Positions 1 to 9,375 of a DNA stretch of 64,000 nucleotides are shown here, one piece after another (the first letter of the stretch is position 1; the number at the start of each line of letters is the position of its first letter). The stretch is from NCBI RefSeq assembly GCF_026626685.1, contig NZ_JAPNJX010000001.1:76752-140751 (forward strand). The letters are read 5' to 3'. The notes under the pieces are model-generated. The model ran no database searches. It was given only the letters and a program-made list of their open reading frames with translations, and was not told where the DNA came from. The stretch comes from Nannocystis sp. SCPEA4. Lineage in GTDB: Bacteria > Myxococcota_A > Polyangia > Nannocystales > Nannocystaceae. The position numbers were made by a program, and so were the translations under genes.

Positions 1-386
1 TGCAGGAGGCCCAGGGCCGGCTCGCCGCCGCCGCCGAGGCGGGCCTGAACGGCCCCGCCGAGGCCATCGGCAAGGCCGTGCAGCTGCTCGCCGCCAGCGC
101 CATGCACCTCGCCGGCCTCGGCAAGGCGCGCAAGGTCGAGGCGGCGATGATCCAGGCCGTCCCCTTCACCCGCATGTTCGGCCTGGTGCTGCTCGCCATC
201 GAGTGCGTCGAGCAGGCCCTCGTCGCCGCCCGTCTCCGCGAGACCCGCGGCGACGACCCGCTGCTGGTCGGCAAACAGCGCAACCTCGAGTTCTTCGTCG
301 CCGCGCTCCTCCCCCAGGCGATCGCCCTCGGCAAGAGCATCCAGTCGAACGACGAGAGCGCGCTCGACCCGGCCCTGTTCGCCTGA
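1..386 (+). CDS. Acyl-CoA dehydrogenase family protein, C-terminal part (5' end outside window)
   Basis: Frame 3 is open from the window edge to the stop at 386. The C-terminal alpha-helical region resembles the FadE/AidB-type C-terminal domain, and GC3 is strongly biased. Confidence 0.5.
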   Translation, partial: QEAQGRLAAAAEAGLNGPAEAIGKAVQLLAASAMHLAGLGKARKVEAAMIQAVPFTRMFGLVLLAIECVEQALVAARLRETRGDDPLLVGKQRNLEFFVAALLPQAIALGKSIQSNDESALDPALFA

Positions 387-409
387 GCATTCAGGCAGGT
401 GCAAAAAGA

Positions 410-441
410 CAGGGCCGTGAGGACATGTCCTCACGGCCCTG
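410..441 (+). terminator. Perfect 32-bp palindrome cagggccgtgaggaCATGtcctcacggccctg immediately 3' of the acyl-CoA DH gene; probable bidirectional hairpin terminator / REP-like element
   Basis: Reverse complement is identical. Stem 14 bp around a CATG core, followed by ttcattc. Lies between convergent gene ends. Confidence 0.45.
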
Positions 442-577
442 TTCATTCGGGCATACAAGACCCCCCCTGCCGATCGAGCGACGCCCTCGTTCGAAGCGAC
501 CACTCCGCCTCACGACAAGCGGGGCCCGCCACACTCTTCTGGGGCGGCCTCGCGGCGGCGGAGTGGGACGCAGCGAG

Positions 578-1887
578 CAACCGTCAGGCGTGTCAAGGCA
601 TCTTCGTCCACGGCGTGTTGGACCGGACCATGGCGTTGAGGATGACAAGGAGCTTGCGCATGCAGGCCACGATAGCGACCTTGTCGGGTTTCCCGGAGGC
701 CCTCAGGTGCGCGTAGTACTCGGCGAGCTGCGAGTTGTAGGCGTGCCCGACGGCGGCGCGCGTCGTGGCGTACAGAGCCCGACGGATGTCATGCCGGCCG
801 CCTCGGATATGGCGTTCTCCGCGGTGCTTGCCCGAGTCACAGTTGAACGGTGCGACGCCGACAAGGGCGGCGATCGCCGTGCGGCTGAGCTTCCCGAGCT
901 CGGGAAGGCCAGCGAGAAGGGTCATCGAGAGCACACGACCTACGCCTGGAACGCTCTGGAGCAGCTTGTCGGCCTCGCGCCAGATCGGGCTGGCTTTGAT
1001 CGCTTTGCGGAGCTCCTTCTCGATGTCCTTGAGCTCCTGGTCGATCCACGCGACGTGGCGCTCGAGGCTCTGGCGCTCGCGCTTGTACAGTGCCGTTCGC
1101 AGCCGGTTGTTCTCGCTGATCTGGTTCTCTTGCAGCTGCTTGCGCCGACGAACGAGCGAGTCGATCTCCATCGTCTGCTCATCCTTGAGTGGCCGGGGCT
1201 CGGGCTTGAAGACCTCGGCGTACTCGGCGATCACGGCTGCGTCGATCTTGTCCGTCTTGGCGAGTCGGCCCTTGGCCTTGGCGAAGTCGCGGATCTGTCT
1301 CGCGTTCACCACCGCGACGGGGAGCCCAGCCGCGGCCAGCGCCGCTGCCACCGGGATCTCGTAGCCGCCTGTCGGTTCCATCACGATCAGCACCGGATCG
1401 AGCTGCTTCAGCCTGTCGATCAGGGCCGCGATAGCCGCCGGGTCATTGGCAATCTCAAACACCGGGCCTCGCGGTCCGAGGGCCACACAGAGGGTCTCCT
1501 TCGCAAGATCAATGCCGATGTACTGGTTCTTCGGGTCTTCTGGGGTCATGGCGATCCTTGCCGACGAATGTCCCGCGCCTCTCCCGCCGCCCTGCCTTGC
1601 AGGATTCGAGCTCGGTCTGACCGGCTCAGGCAACCGTTCGGGCTCTTGGAGAAGTCAACGCTTGGCGATCCTCGCTCTCTGGCGGGCTTGAGGCTCAGGG
1701 GCCCTACGATCTACCGAGCGCCCGGGAGCGAAGTCGTACCGCTTCTCAAGCCCACAAGCGGTTCGACAGCACACCAGAATTTCACTGGGAGAAAATCAAG
1801 GAGAGCGTCCGGCGATCCCTGCTCCCTGGCGGGCTCATGGCACCGGGGCCCCATCGATCTGCCGGACGCTCGGGGAGTTGATACAAG
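578..1887 (-). mobile_element. IS110-family insertion sequence (~1.31 kb), no obvious terminal IRs or target duplication
   Basis: Boundaries inferred from the uninterrupted repeat copy at 37100-37260. There is a single DEDD-type transposase ORF. The 335-bp non-coding arm is upstream of the transposase and the other arm is 15 bp, which is the typical IS110 asymmetry. Confidence 0.75.
593..1549 (-). CDS. IS110-family transposase (DEDD recombinase)
   Basis: N-terminal YIGIDLAKETLCVAL motif and C-terminal IS116/IS110/IS902 transposase-domain motifs (GVGRVLSMTLLAGLPELG, FNCDSGKHRGERHIRGGR). ATG at 1549. Confidence 0.85.
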   Translation of the reverse strand: MTPEDPKNQYIGIDLAKETLCVALGPRGPVFEIANDPAAIAALIDRLKQLDPVLIVMEPTGGYEIPVAAALAAAGLPVAVVNARQIRDFAKAKGRLAKTDKIDAAVIAEYAEVFKPEPRPLKDEQTMEIDSLVRRRKQLQENQISENNRLRTALYKRERQSLERHVAWIDQELKDIEKELRKAIKASPIWREADKLLQSVPGVGRVLSMTLLAGLPELGKLSRTAIAALVGVAPFNCDSGKHRGERHIRGGRHDIRRALYATTRAAVGHAYNSQLAEYYAHLRASGKPDKVAIVACMRKLLVILNAMVRSNTPWTKMP

Positions 1888-2158
1888 GGGCCCCATGCCT
1901 CACGCGCAGACGCGGGATCAATCTTCGGACATGCCCCATCGCCCTTCCGCGTCGAGCATGTGGCATGGCAGGTCTCGCGTCGCGAGGGACCCGCGCCGCC
2001 GCCGCGAGGCCGCCCCTCCCCGCTCCCCACGGCCCCGCGTCCTCGCGCACGCGATCCTCGACTCTCGCCTTCCCTCGCCGGCCTGGGCGACTCACCCGCA
2101 GAAAGCGACATGACCGCCAGGACATGTCCCGGCGGTCATGCTGTTGCGCCGCTGAACC

Positions 2159-3724
2159 TCAGGGCACCGCGGCCCACTCGCCGGTGGTGTCGGGGCACGC
2201 CGGCGTGAACACGGCCGTCTTCACCCACGCCTCGCCGGATTCGTCGAGCGTGTGGGCCGCGAGCGGGCTGCACACCTCGCCCTTGGCGTCGAAGTCGAGC
2301 GGCCCGGTGATGCCCGTGAGGTCGACGGACTTGCCGGTGGCGAACGCCGACAGCGCGGCGGGCACGAACATCTTCGGGCCCGTGCCGAAGTCGACCGGCA
2401 CGCCGGACTTGTCGGACAGCTTCTCCATCGCGTCGGCGACGCGCAGGCCGACGACGATGTCGCCGGACTTCACCGCGGCCATGCCGATCAGCGACGCCAT
2501 CGTCGCGTCGTAGGCGAGGCCGGCCTCGGGCGCCAGCGACGACTCGCCGAGGCGGGTGCGCAGCTTGGCGAGCTGCGGGGTGTCGAGGTCCGGGGTGATG
2601 GCGACGACGACGCCGGCGAGGTCCTTGTCCTTGAGCGCGGCGACCGCGGCCATCGCCCGCTGCGGCACGTAGATCTTCTGCGGCAGAGGGGCGCCGGTGG
2701 TCTTGTAGTACTTGATGATGTCGGCGACCTCGGCGCGGCCGAGCAGGACCAACATCTGCGGCATGTCGAAGCTCGTGAGCGCCGCGTCGAGCTTGGCCTT
2801 CGCGCCCTTGGTGGCGTCGTCGAGCCCGCGGTACGAGGCGATGAACTGGTTGCCGGGGACCTGGGGGATCTGGCTCGGACCGCCCGTCTCCTCGGTCGCC
2901 ACCGCGTTGTAGAGGCTGAGCCCGTACGCGTCCTCCGCCAGCAGCAGCACCGCGTTCGCGTCGGGGACGCCCATGAAGTCGGCGCCGATCCGGGCGCCGA
3001 GCGCCGGGCCCTGGTACTTGGCGCCGGCCATCGCCTGGAAGACCAGGTTGGCCGAGGTGTCGAGCTCGCTCATGTCGGCCGTGACCATCGGCCCCATCGT
3101 GAACGCGTTGACGCCGGGGGCGAACGTCACCTGGTCGACCACCGCCGTGAACTCGACGTCGTCGACCGGGCCGATGAGCACCGGGATCGCCAGCGTGTCG
3201 CCGAGGTGGCGGCCGGCCGACGTCGCCGACGCCACCTCGCTCTTGGTGTCGCAGACCACCAGCGCGATCTTGTCGCCGTTCGGCAGCTCGCCGGAGCCGT
3301 TGAACTCCTCGACCGCCGCCAGCACGCCCTTCTCCATCGCCTCGCCGAGCGCCGCGTCAGCGCCGGTCTTCGGCAGCATCACGCCGATGAAGGCGACGTC
3401 GTCGCTGACCTCGCCACCGGGGTAGATCGGCGCGCCGCACTCGTCGGTCTCGGTCGACGCACACTCGCGCGGCGCGCTCGAGGTGGCGCAGATGAACGCC
3501 TCGCCGAGGCCCGCGCACTGCGAGTTGGCGTCGCAGCCTTTCTCGCGGACCTGGCAGGTGTTGGCCGCGCAGTACATCGGCTTGTTGTCGTCGAAGAAGG
3601 CCGCGCAGTCGGCGTCCTCGTAGCACTCGGTGAAGTCGAGCGTCGCCGAGCACGCGCCCGCGATCACCCCGAGGACGCCGCAGACAGAGATCCGGGTCAG
3701 CATATGCGAGAAGACAGACGACAT
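2159..3724 (-). CDS. Periplasmic ligand-binding lipoprotein (type-1 PBP, Leu/Ile/Val-binding/ANF-receptor-like) with N-terminal Cys-rich module
   Basis: Lipobox VIAGAC, then a Cys-rich ~90 aa region, then a PBP1-like fold. ATG start with RBS. Confidence 0.65.
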   Translation of the reverse strand: MSSVFSHMLTRISVCGVLGVIAGACSATLDFTECYEDADCAAFFDDNKPMYCAANTCQVREKGCDANSQCAGLGEAFICATSSAPRECASTETDECGAPIYPGGEVSDDVAFIGVMLPKTGADAALGEAMEKGVLAAVEEFNGSGELPNGDKIALVVCDTKSEVASATSAGRHLGDTLAIPVLIGPVDDVEFTAVVDQVTFAPGVNAFTMGPMVTADMSELDTSANLVFQAMAGAKYQGPALGARIGADFMGVPDANAVLLLAEDAYGLSLYNAVATEETGGPSQIPQVPGNQFIASYRGLDDATKGAKAKLDAALTSFDMPQMLVLLGRAEVADIIKYYKTTGAPLPQKIYVPQRAMAAVAALKDKDLAGVVVAITPDLDTPQLAKLRTRLGESSLAPEAGLAYDATMASLIGMAAVKSGDIVVGLRVADAMEKLSDKSGVPVDFGTGPKMFVPAALSAFATGKSVDLTGITGPLDFDAKGEVCSPLAAHTLDESGEAWVKTAVFTPACPDTTGEWAAVP

Positions 3725-3750
3725 GGTCGCAAAGCTCCAGCGTTCGCGGC

Positions 3751-4617
3751 TCAGAAGCGATAGACGTAACCGAGGCCGAGCTGGCTCGGCGAGACCTTGG
3801 GCTGCATCGCCTGCACGGCCTTCGACTTGCGCGCCTTCGGCACCAGCAAGAGCACCATGCCGACCACCGCCATCACGCCGCCGGCGATGAACAGGCCGTC
3901 GGCCGCGGCCGCCAGCGACTTGCCCTTTTGACCGGCCTCGCGCTGGTCGTCGAGCGTCTCCGCGGCCTCGAACTTGTTCTCTTGCCCCTTCGCCAGGCCG
4001 CCCGCGATCCCGCCGCCGATCAGCAGCGCCGCGCCGACGCCGAACATCGTGTAGCCGATCGGCCGCAGGATCTTGGCCTTGTTCTGCGGCGACTTGTCGT
4101 CGCCCGGCGGCGGCTGCGGGCCGAGCTGCGGGCCGACCGGCTGCGTCGCCTCCGGCTGCTTGGCCGGCTCGGGCTGCTTCGGCTTCTGCTTGGCCTCTTC
4201 CTTCTCGCGGATCTCGACGATCTTCTCGAGCGTCGCCAGCCGCTGCAGCGCCGTGTCACGCAGACCGATGTCGACCGACTCGTCGGCGATGAACCTCTGG
4301 TAGTAGGAGATCGCCGCGTCGACGTTGTTGGCCTGCTCCTGGATCCGGCCGATGTTGAACAGGATGTTCGGGTCGGGCTGCACCTTGTAGGCGCGCTCGA
4401 ACAACACCACCGCGGCGGCGTAGTCCTTCTCGCGGTACTTCGCCCGCGCCTGCTCGGCCAGGCTCTCGAACGTCTCGCCGTTGGCGTCGGTCGGGGGCGG
4501 CTCGGCCAGCGCCGCACGCACGGCGATCGGGACGTACACCGCGGCGGCCGCCGAGCGGGCGGGCATGCTCGAGGCGAGAAACGCTGCGGCCACGAGAGTG
4601 ACGATCGGCTTCTTCAT
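3751..4617 (-). CDS. TPR-repeat membrane protein (signal peptide, TPR, Pro/Gln-rich linker, C-terminal TM helix)
   Basis: Signal peptide MKKPIVTLVAAAFLASS, TPR-like helices, and a TM segment GVGAALLIGGGIAGGL. Confidence 0.55.
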   Translation of the reverse strand: MKKPIVTLVAAAFLASSMPARSAAAAVYVPIAVRAALAEPPPTDANGETFESLAEQARAKYREKDYAAAVVLFERAYKVQPDPNILFNIGRIQEQANNVDAAISYYQRFIADESVDIGLRDTALQRLATLEKIVEIREKEEAKQKPKQPEPAKQPEATQPVGPQLGPQPPPGDDKSPQNKAKILRPIGYTMFGVGAALLIGGGIAGGLAKGQENKFEAAETLDDQREAGQKGKSLAAAADGLFIAGGVMAVVGMVLLLVPKARKSKAVQAMQPKVSPSQLGLGYVYRF

Positions 4618-4675
4618 GGGGGGCCTGTGGGGCGGGGTCGACGGCGGCGACCCTCATGAACCCGAGAGCTAGAGA

Positions 4676-6751
4676 CTAACGCTTTTTGCTCGGACCGACC
4701 GGCAACAAATCGTCATCCGGCGCGGGGTTCGGCTTCTGCTTGACCTGCCCGTCGGGCGGCCGCTTGGTCCCGCCGCCCCCCGGTTTTTTGGTCCCGCCGC
4801 CCGCCGGCGGCTTCGGCTGCTCCACCGGCGGCTGCGGGATCGGCGTCGTCCCGGCCTTGGCCGTCAGCATGTAGTCGTAGGGCTGGTCCTTGGCCGCGCT
4901 GACGCTCAGCGCGGTCTGCATCGGCCCGTAGCCGGGCGCGGCCAGCGTGAGGTTGTATTTGCCGGCGTGCAGCGGCACCTCGACCGTGGTCGAGCCGAGC
5001 GGCCGCCCGTCGAGCGTGACCTCCGCAGTCACCGGGGCCGACCGGATCGTGATGATCGCGAACCCCATGTCCGGGTTCAGCTCCGGGAACAGCCCCTTGA
5101 TGCGCTGCTTCGCCTCCTCGTTGGCGGCGTCGAGCGCCAGCACGTCGCGGTAACCCTTGACCGCGCTGATGCGATCGCCGTCGCGCTCGTACTTGCGGGC
5201 GCTGGCCAGCGCCTTCTGCACCTCGAGCTTCGACCGCAGCTCGTCGGCGCGGTCGGACAGCTCCGGGTCGCGGGCGAACTCCTCCTCGGCGATCTCGAGC
5301 TTGCGCTCGGCCTGCGGCAGCTTGCCCTCGTCGATGAGCTGCGCGATCTTGTCGAGGTTGCTCTCGAGCTGCTCGCGCCCGCCCTCCTCGCGGGTCGCGA
5401 CCTCGGGGCGGTCGGCCTCGGCCTCGTTGCTGCCGCCGCCGAACGCGTACAGCAGCAACGCCAGCACCGAGAAGGCCGCCGCGCCGACCAGGATCAGGTT
5501 GAAGGTCCGCTGGCGGGCCGCGGCCTCTTGCGCCTGCGGACCGACCACCAGCAGCGTGCGCCCGTCCTGGCTCTGCACCAGGCTCCCGCCCTCGAGCGGG
5601 ATGCCCTGGGCCTTGAGCTGGTCGAGCGTCGCCTGCGGAAACTGAGCCGTGATCGGCATCACCGGCGACGGCATCGACTGTGCCAGTGCACCGGCGCCCG
5701 ACATCGGCTGCGCAAGGGGCGCGGCGGCAGCGGCCGGTGCCGACCGCGGCCGGCCGAACGTGCCGACCACGATATTCTCCGGCGACGGGATCGGCTTGCT
5801 GTGTTCGGTGCTGCTCTGCGGCTCCTCCGGCTCGAGCGGCTCCGTCCGCGGCTGGGCGCGCGGCAGGCGGAACATCGAGAACGGCACCTGGTCGATGAGC
5901 CCCTCGACGACCTCGTTGGCGTCGCGCGGGCGGCGTTCCCGGCTCTTCTCGAGGCACCGGCTGATGAGCTCCAGGACCCCTTCGGGGACGCCGTTGTCGG
6001 GCGGCAGGAGGTCCTGGATCGGCTGCGCCTTCTCGTGGACGTGCTTGTACAGGACCGACGCGTCGTTGTCGGCCTGGAACGGCATCACGCCCGTCAGCAT
6101 GAAGTAGAACAGGATGCCGACCGCGTAAACATCGACGCGCTGGTCGATCTTCTCGCCCAGGATCTGCTCCGGAGACAGGCAGGTGGGCGTGCCGAGGACG
6201 TTCTGCTTGGTGATGTCGGACGAGCCGGAGACCAGCTTTGCGAGCCCGAAATCGAGGATTTTGACGTAGTTGGCCCGGCCCTGCCGCTCGCACAGCATGA
6301 TGTTGGCGGGCTTGATGTCGCGGTGGATGATCCCGCGCGAATGGGCCTCGCCGAGGCCTTTGAGCACCTGCGCGGCGATCGGCACGAAGTCGGCCAGCGT
6401 GAGGTGGCCGCGGCGGCGGACGAACCGGTCGAGCGTCTCGCCCTGGACGTACTCCATGACGATGAAGGCCCGTCCGTCGATCCGGCCGAAGTCGTGGATG
6501 GTCACGATGTTCGGGTGCTGCAGGCTGGAAAGCCCGCGGGCCTCGCGTTCAAAGCGGGCCAGGGCCTCGGAATCGCCGACCCAGTCGGGCGCCAGCACCT
6601 TGAGGACCACCGGGCGATTCAGGTCGATCTGCGTCGCCTGGTACACGACGCCCATCCCACCGCGGCCGAGCCGGCGCTCGATCAGGTAGCGCCGAGCGAA
6701 AGTCGTCCCCAGCAGGGGGTCTGCTTGTGCTTGGTCTTCCGGTTTGCTCAT
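4676..6751 (-). CDS. Hanks-type Ser/Thr protein kinase with TM segment and extracellular TPR/PEGA domains
   Basis: Kinase motifs GRGGMGVVY, VLK, HRDIKPANIML, DFGLAK. One TM segment after a Pro-rich linker. C-terminal PEGA-like beta domain. Confidence 0.9.
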   Translation of the reverse strand: MSKPEDQAQADPLLGTTFARRYLIERRLGRGGMGVVYQATQIDLNRPVVLKVLAPDWVGDSEALARFEREARGLSSLQHPNIVTIHDFGRIDGRAFIVMEYVQGETLDRFVRRRGHLTLADFVPIAAQVLKGLGEAHSRGIIHRDIKPANIMLCERQGRANYVKILDFGLAKLVSGSSDITKQNVLGTPTCLSPEQILGEKIDQRVDVYAVGILFYFMLTGVMPFQADNDASVLYKHVHEKAQPIQDLLPPDNGVPEGVLELISRCLEKSRERRPRDANEVVEGLIDQVPFSMFRLPRAQPRTEPLEPEEPQSSTEHSKPIPSPENIVVGTFGRPRSAPAAAAAPLAQPMSGAGALAQSMPSPVMPITAQFPQATLDQLKAQGIPLEGGSLVQSQDGRTLLVVGPQAQEAAARQRTFNLILVGAAAFSVLALLLYAFGGGSNEAEADRPEVATREEGGREQLESNLDKIAQLIDEGKLPQAERKLEIAEEEFARDPELSDRADELRSKLEVQKALASARKYERDGDRISAVKGYRDVLALDAANEEAKQRIKGLFPELNPDMGFAIITIRSAPVTAEVTLDGRPLGSTTVEVPLHAGKYNLTLAAPGYGPMQTALSVSAAKDQPYDYMLTAKAGTTPIPQPPVEQPKPPAGGGTKKPGGGGTKRPPDGQVKQKPNPAPDDDLLPVGPSKKR

Positions 6752-6875
6752 GGCTTCTCGGGGGACCCTGTGACGTTAACACACCTTCCCCCGGTGTTGC
6801 GCGTCTTCGGCAAAACCCGGCGGCAGTTGCCGCAATGGCGCGCTCGTAGAAGCGCGGGACGACGCAGTCGACAGC

Positions 6876-8354
6876 TTGTGGCATGCTGCGGCCGTGCCCA
6901 CGACCCTGAGCTTCGCCCCGACCATTCCCGCTCTGCTCCACGGCAGCCGCGCCGTCCTCGTCGTCGCGGCGGCCGGCGTCCTCACCGGTGAGTTGCCGGC
7001 GTTCCTGCCGGCGCCGGCGCAGGCGCTGCTCGCCGAACTCGCGCGGGACACCAAACCGGGCGAGCTCGGAGCGGTATCCGGAACGCTGACCGGCCTGTCG
7101 GAGCCGCGCCGGTTGCTCCTCGGCGTGCTGCCCGACCACGGGTCTCGCTACAATTCGCCGAGCCGCGCCGAGAGCGTCCGCCGCGTGGTCGCCGGAGCGG
7201 ACCTCGGCAGCACCAAGGCCGGCATCATCCTGATCCTGCCGGATCCGGCGCACCTGCTGGCCACGGTCAACGCGGTCGGCCGCGCTCTCCCGCTCTATTC
7301 GAGCAAGAGCGGCGCGAGCAGCGGCGCCGAGGTCCAGATCCTCGCGCTCGACCTCGCCGGTCAACCGATCCCGATCCCGCCCGAGGTCGAGTCGACGATG
7401 CACGCCACGCGGATCGCCGCGCTGCACGTGGATACCCCGCCGACCGAGCTCAATCCCGAGGAGTTCGCCGCCCGCGCGCGCGACTTGTTGACCGCGATTC
7501 CGCGGGTCGAACTGCGCGAGATCGTCGGCGACGCCCTGCTCCAGGAGGGCCTCGCCGGCATCCACGCCGTCGGCCGCTGCGCGGTCAAGCCGCCGCGCAT
7601 GCTCATCGCCCAGTACACCCCGGCGACCGGCGGTGGCCGCTCGATCGCGCTGGTCGGCAAGGGCATCACGTACGACACCGGCGGTCTCAGTCTCAAGATC
7701 AGCGGCGCGATGAACACGATGAAGGGCGACTGCGGCGGCGCGGCCGCCGTGCTCGGGGCCTTCTGCGTGCTGGCCGCCAATCATTGCAAGCACAAGCTCT
7801 CGCTGATCCTCTGCATCGCCGAGAACGCCGTCGGCCCCGGCGCCTACAAGCCCGACGACATCCTCCGCATGCACTCCGGCAAGACCGTCGAGATCAACAA
7901 CACCGACGCGGAGGGCCGCCTGCTGCTCGCCGACGGCGTCAGCTACGCCACGCGAGCGCTCGGCGCCGAGGTCGTGTTCGACGCCGCCACCCTCACCGGC
8001 GCCCAGTTGATCTCGACCGGCCTGCTCCACGCCGCCATCGTCAGCAACGACGAGTTCCTCGAGCAGACCATCATCGCCGCCGGCAAGCACTGCGGCGACC
8101 TCGTCCACCCGCTGCCGTTCGCGCCCGAATTCTACAAGCAAGAATTCGAGAGTAATATCGCAGATATGGTCAATTCTGTAAAGAATCGCATGAACGCCCA
8201 GTCGGCCTGCGCGGCGCAGTTCGTCTACTGGCACATGGACGACACCAAGGCGTTGTGGTGCCACATCGACCTGGCGGGGCCGAGCTTCCCGAAGAACCGC
8301 GGCACTGGCTTCGGCGTGGCGCTGCTGTCGGAGACGATCCGCCGGATCCCCTGA
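6876..8354 (+). CDS. pepA: Leucyl aminopeptidase (peptidase M17)
   Basis: NTDAEGRL signature, the VGKGITYDTGG motif, and N-terminal M17 domain features. TTG start at 6876; a downstream ATG is possible. Confidence 0.9.
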   Translation: MWHAAAVPTTLSFAPTIPALLHGSRAVLVVAAAGVLTGELPAFLPAPAQALLAELARDTKPGELGAVSGTLTGLSEPRRLLLGVLPDHGSRYNSPSRAESVRRVVAGADLGSTKAGIILILPDPAHLLATVNAVGRALPLYSSKSGASSGAEVQILALDLAGQPIPIPPEVESTMHATRIAALHVDTPPTELNPEEFAARARDLLTAIPRVELREIVGDALLQEGLAGIHAVGRCAVKPPRMLIAQYTPATGGGRSIALVGKGITYDTGGLSLKISGAMNTMKGDCGGAAAVLGAFCVLAANHCKHKLSLILCIAENAVGPGAYKPDDILRMHSGKTVEINNTDAEGRLLLADGVSYATRALGAEVVFDAATLTGAQLISTGLLHAAIVSNDEFLEQTIIAAGKHCGDLVHPLPFAPEFYKQEFESNIADMVNSVKNRMNAQSACAAQFVYWHMDDTKALWCHIDLAGPSFPKNRGTGFGVALLSETIRRIP

Positions 8355-8365
8355 GGAGGTGCGGC

Positions 8366-9052
8366 ATGTACGGCTACGGCAACTGGACCCTGCCCGGCAG
8401 CTGGCACGCGGTGCTGGCCGACGAGATGGCCAAGCCATACTTCAAGGACCTCGTCGACTTCGTCAACTATGAGCGCGAAAACAATACGGTTTATCCTCCC
8501 GAGGAAGACGTCTTTCGCGCCTTCGAACTGACCCCCTTCGAGCAGGTCAAGGTCGTGCTGCTCGGGCAGGACCCGTACCACGACGAGGGTCAGGCCCACG
8601 GCCTGTGCTTCTCGGTCCTGCCGGGGGTCAAGCCGCCGGCCTCGCTGGCCAACATCTTCAAGGAGCTGGCCGCCGACCGCGGGTGCAGCGTCCCCCCGCA
8701 CGGCAACCTGCAATCGTGGGCCGAGCAAGGCGTCCTGCTGCTCAACACCGTCCTCACCGTCCGCGCCCACACCCCCGGCTCGCACAAGAACAAGGGCTGG
8801 GAGAAGTTCACCGACGCCGTCATCCGCGCCCTCGGCGAGCGCAACGAGCCGGTGGTGTTCGCCCTGTGGGGTGACTTCGCCAAGAAGAAGGCCACCCTGG
8901 TCGACCAGCGCCGCCACCGCGTCGTGGTCGCCCCCCACCCCTCGCCGATCCTCGGCAAGGGTCCGAAGTTCCTCGGCAGCCGGCCGTTCTCGGCCATCAA
9001 CACCGCGCTCGAGGACCTCGGCTACCCGGCGATCGACTGGCAAATCTTCTGA
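8366..9052 (+). CDS. ung: Uracil-DNA glycosylase (family 1)
   Basis: GQDPYH motif and the C-terminal HPSP loop; length ~228 aa. Confidence 0.9.
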   Translation: MYGYGNWTLPGSWHAVLADEMAKPYFKDLVDFVNYERENNTVYPPEEDVFRAFELTPFEQVKVVLLGQDPYHDEGQAHGLCFSVLPGVKPPASLANIFKELAADRGCSVPPHGNLQSWAEQGVLLLNTVLTVRAHTPGSHKNKGWEKFTDAVIRALGERNEPVVFALWGDFAKKKATLVDQRRHRVVVAPHPSPILGKGPKFLGSRPFSAINTALEDLGYPAIDWQIF

Positions 9053-9361
9053 CAGTCGCACGAGCCAGAGCCCGGGCCGTTGCCGGTGGTGGCAAAGCGC
9101 GATGACCTCCAGCCGCCGCCGCCGGCGATAGACGAGGAAATACGGCAGCCCGACGAGAAAACAGCGTCGAGTGCCGTACAGGTACGGCGGCCAGGCCTGG
9201 GGGAATTCGCGAATGCTGCTCAGGCTGCGCTGGAGTTCCGTCTCGAGTCGTTCTGCGTGCACACGGCCGAGTCGGCTTGCGAAGGCGCGCGCTTCTCGCA
9301 TTTCCCTGCGCACCTCTGGATGGAACGCGAACGTTTTCCGCTGCTCATTGTCGCCCTTCAT
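9053..9361 (-). CDS. ParE/RelE-family toxin-like ORF; 3' end unresolved because the frame stays open antisense through ung to 8225
   Basis: Toxin-like motifs FHPEVRREMREARAF...PYFLVYRRRRRLEVIALCHHRQRPGLW. Codon GC3 is lower than neighbours. No stop at the expected ~100 aa position, so it may be degenerate. Confidence 0.35.
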
Positions 9362-9375
9362 GCTACGGAATCGGA

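Larger units (their letters stand above)
391..2158. repeat. Dispersed composite repeat, copy A (391-577 and 1888-2158), split by an IS110 insertion; ~95% identical to 37060-37330
   Basis: Direct comparison: ...gagtgggacgcagcgag|gggccccatgcctcacgcgcagacgcggg... is contiguous at 37155-37190 but separated by 1.31 kb here. Copy A carries one copy of each ~60-bp unit that copy B has in tandem. Confidence 0.8.

Noticed and set aside
2252-3763. Long plus-strand ORF (503 aa) antisense to the PBP lipoprotein gene. Similar long antisense ORFs include 4713-6293, 6549-8438, 13131-15452, 22002-23039, 24940-27123, 38482-41253, 48406-50838 and 48260-50797.
   Set aside because: Arg/Ala/Gly/Pro-rich translations are typical of out-of-frame or antisense reading in 70% GC DNA, where stop codons are rare. 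Each overlaps a gene with clear family motifs and proper GC3 bias.
8225-9361. 378-aa minus-strand ORF covering all of ung
   Set aside because: Only the first ~100 aa look like a ParE/RelE toxin. The remainder is antisense to ung, which has unmistakable UDG motifs, so I treated it as a toxin remnant lacking a stop rather than a real long protein.
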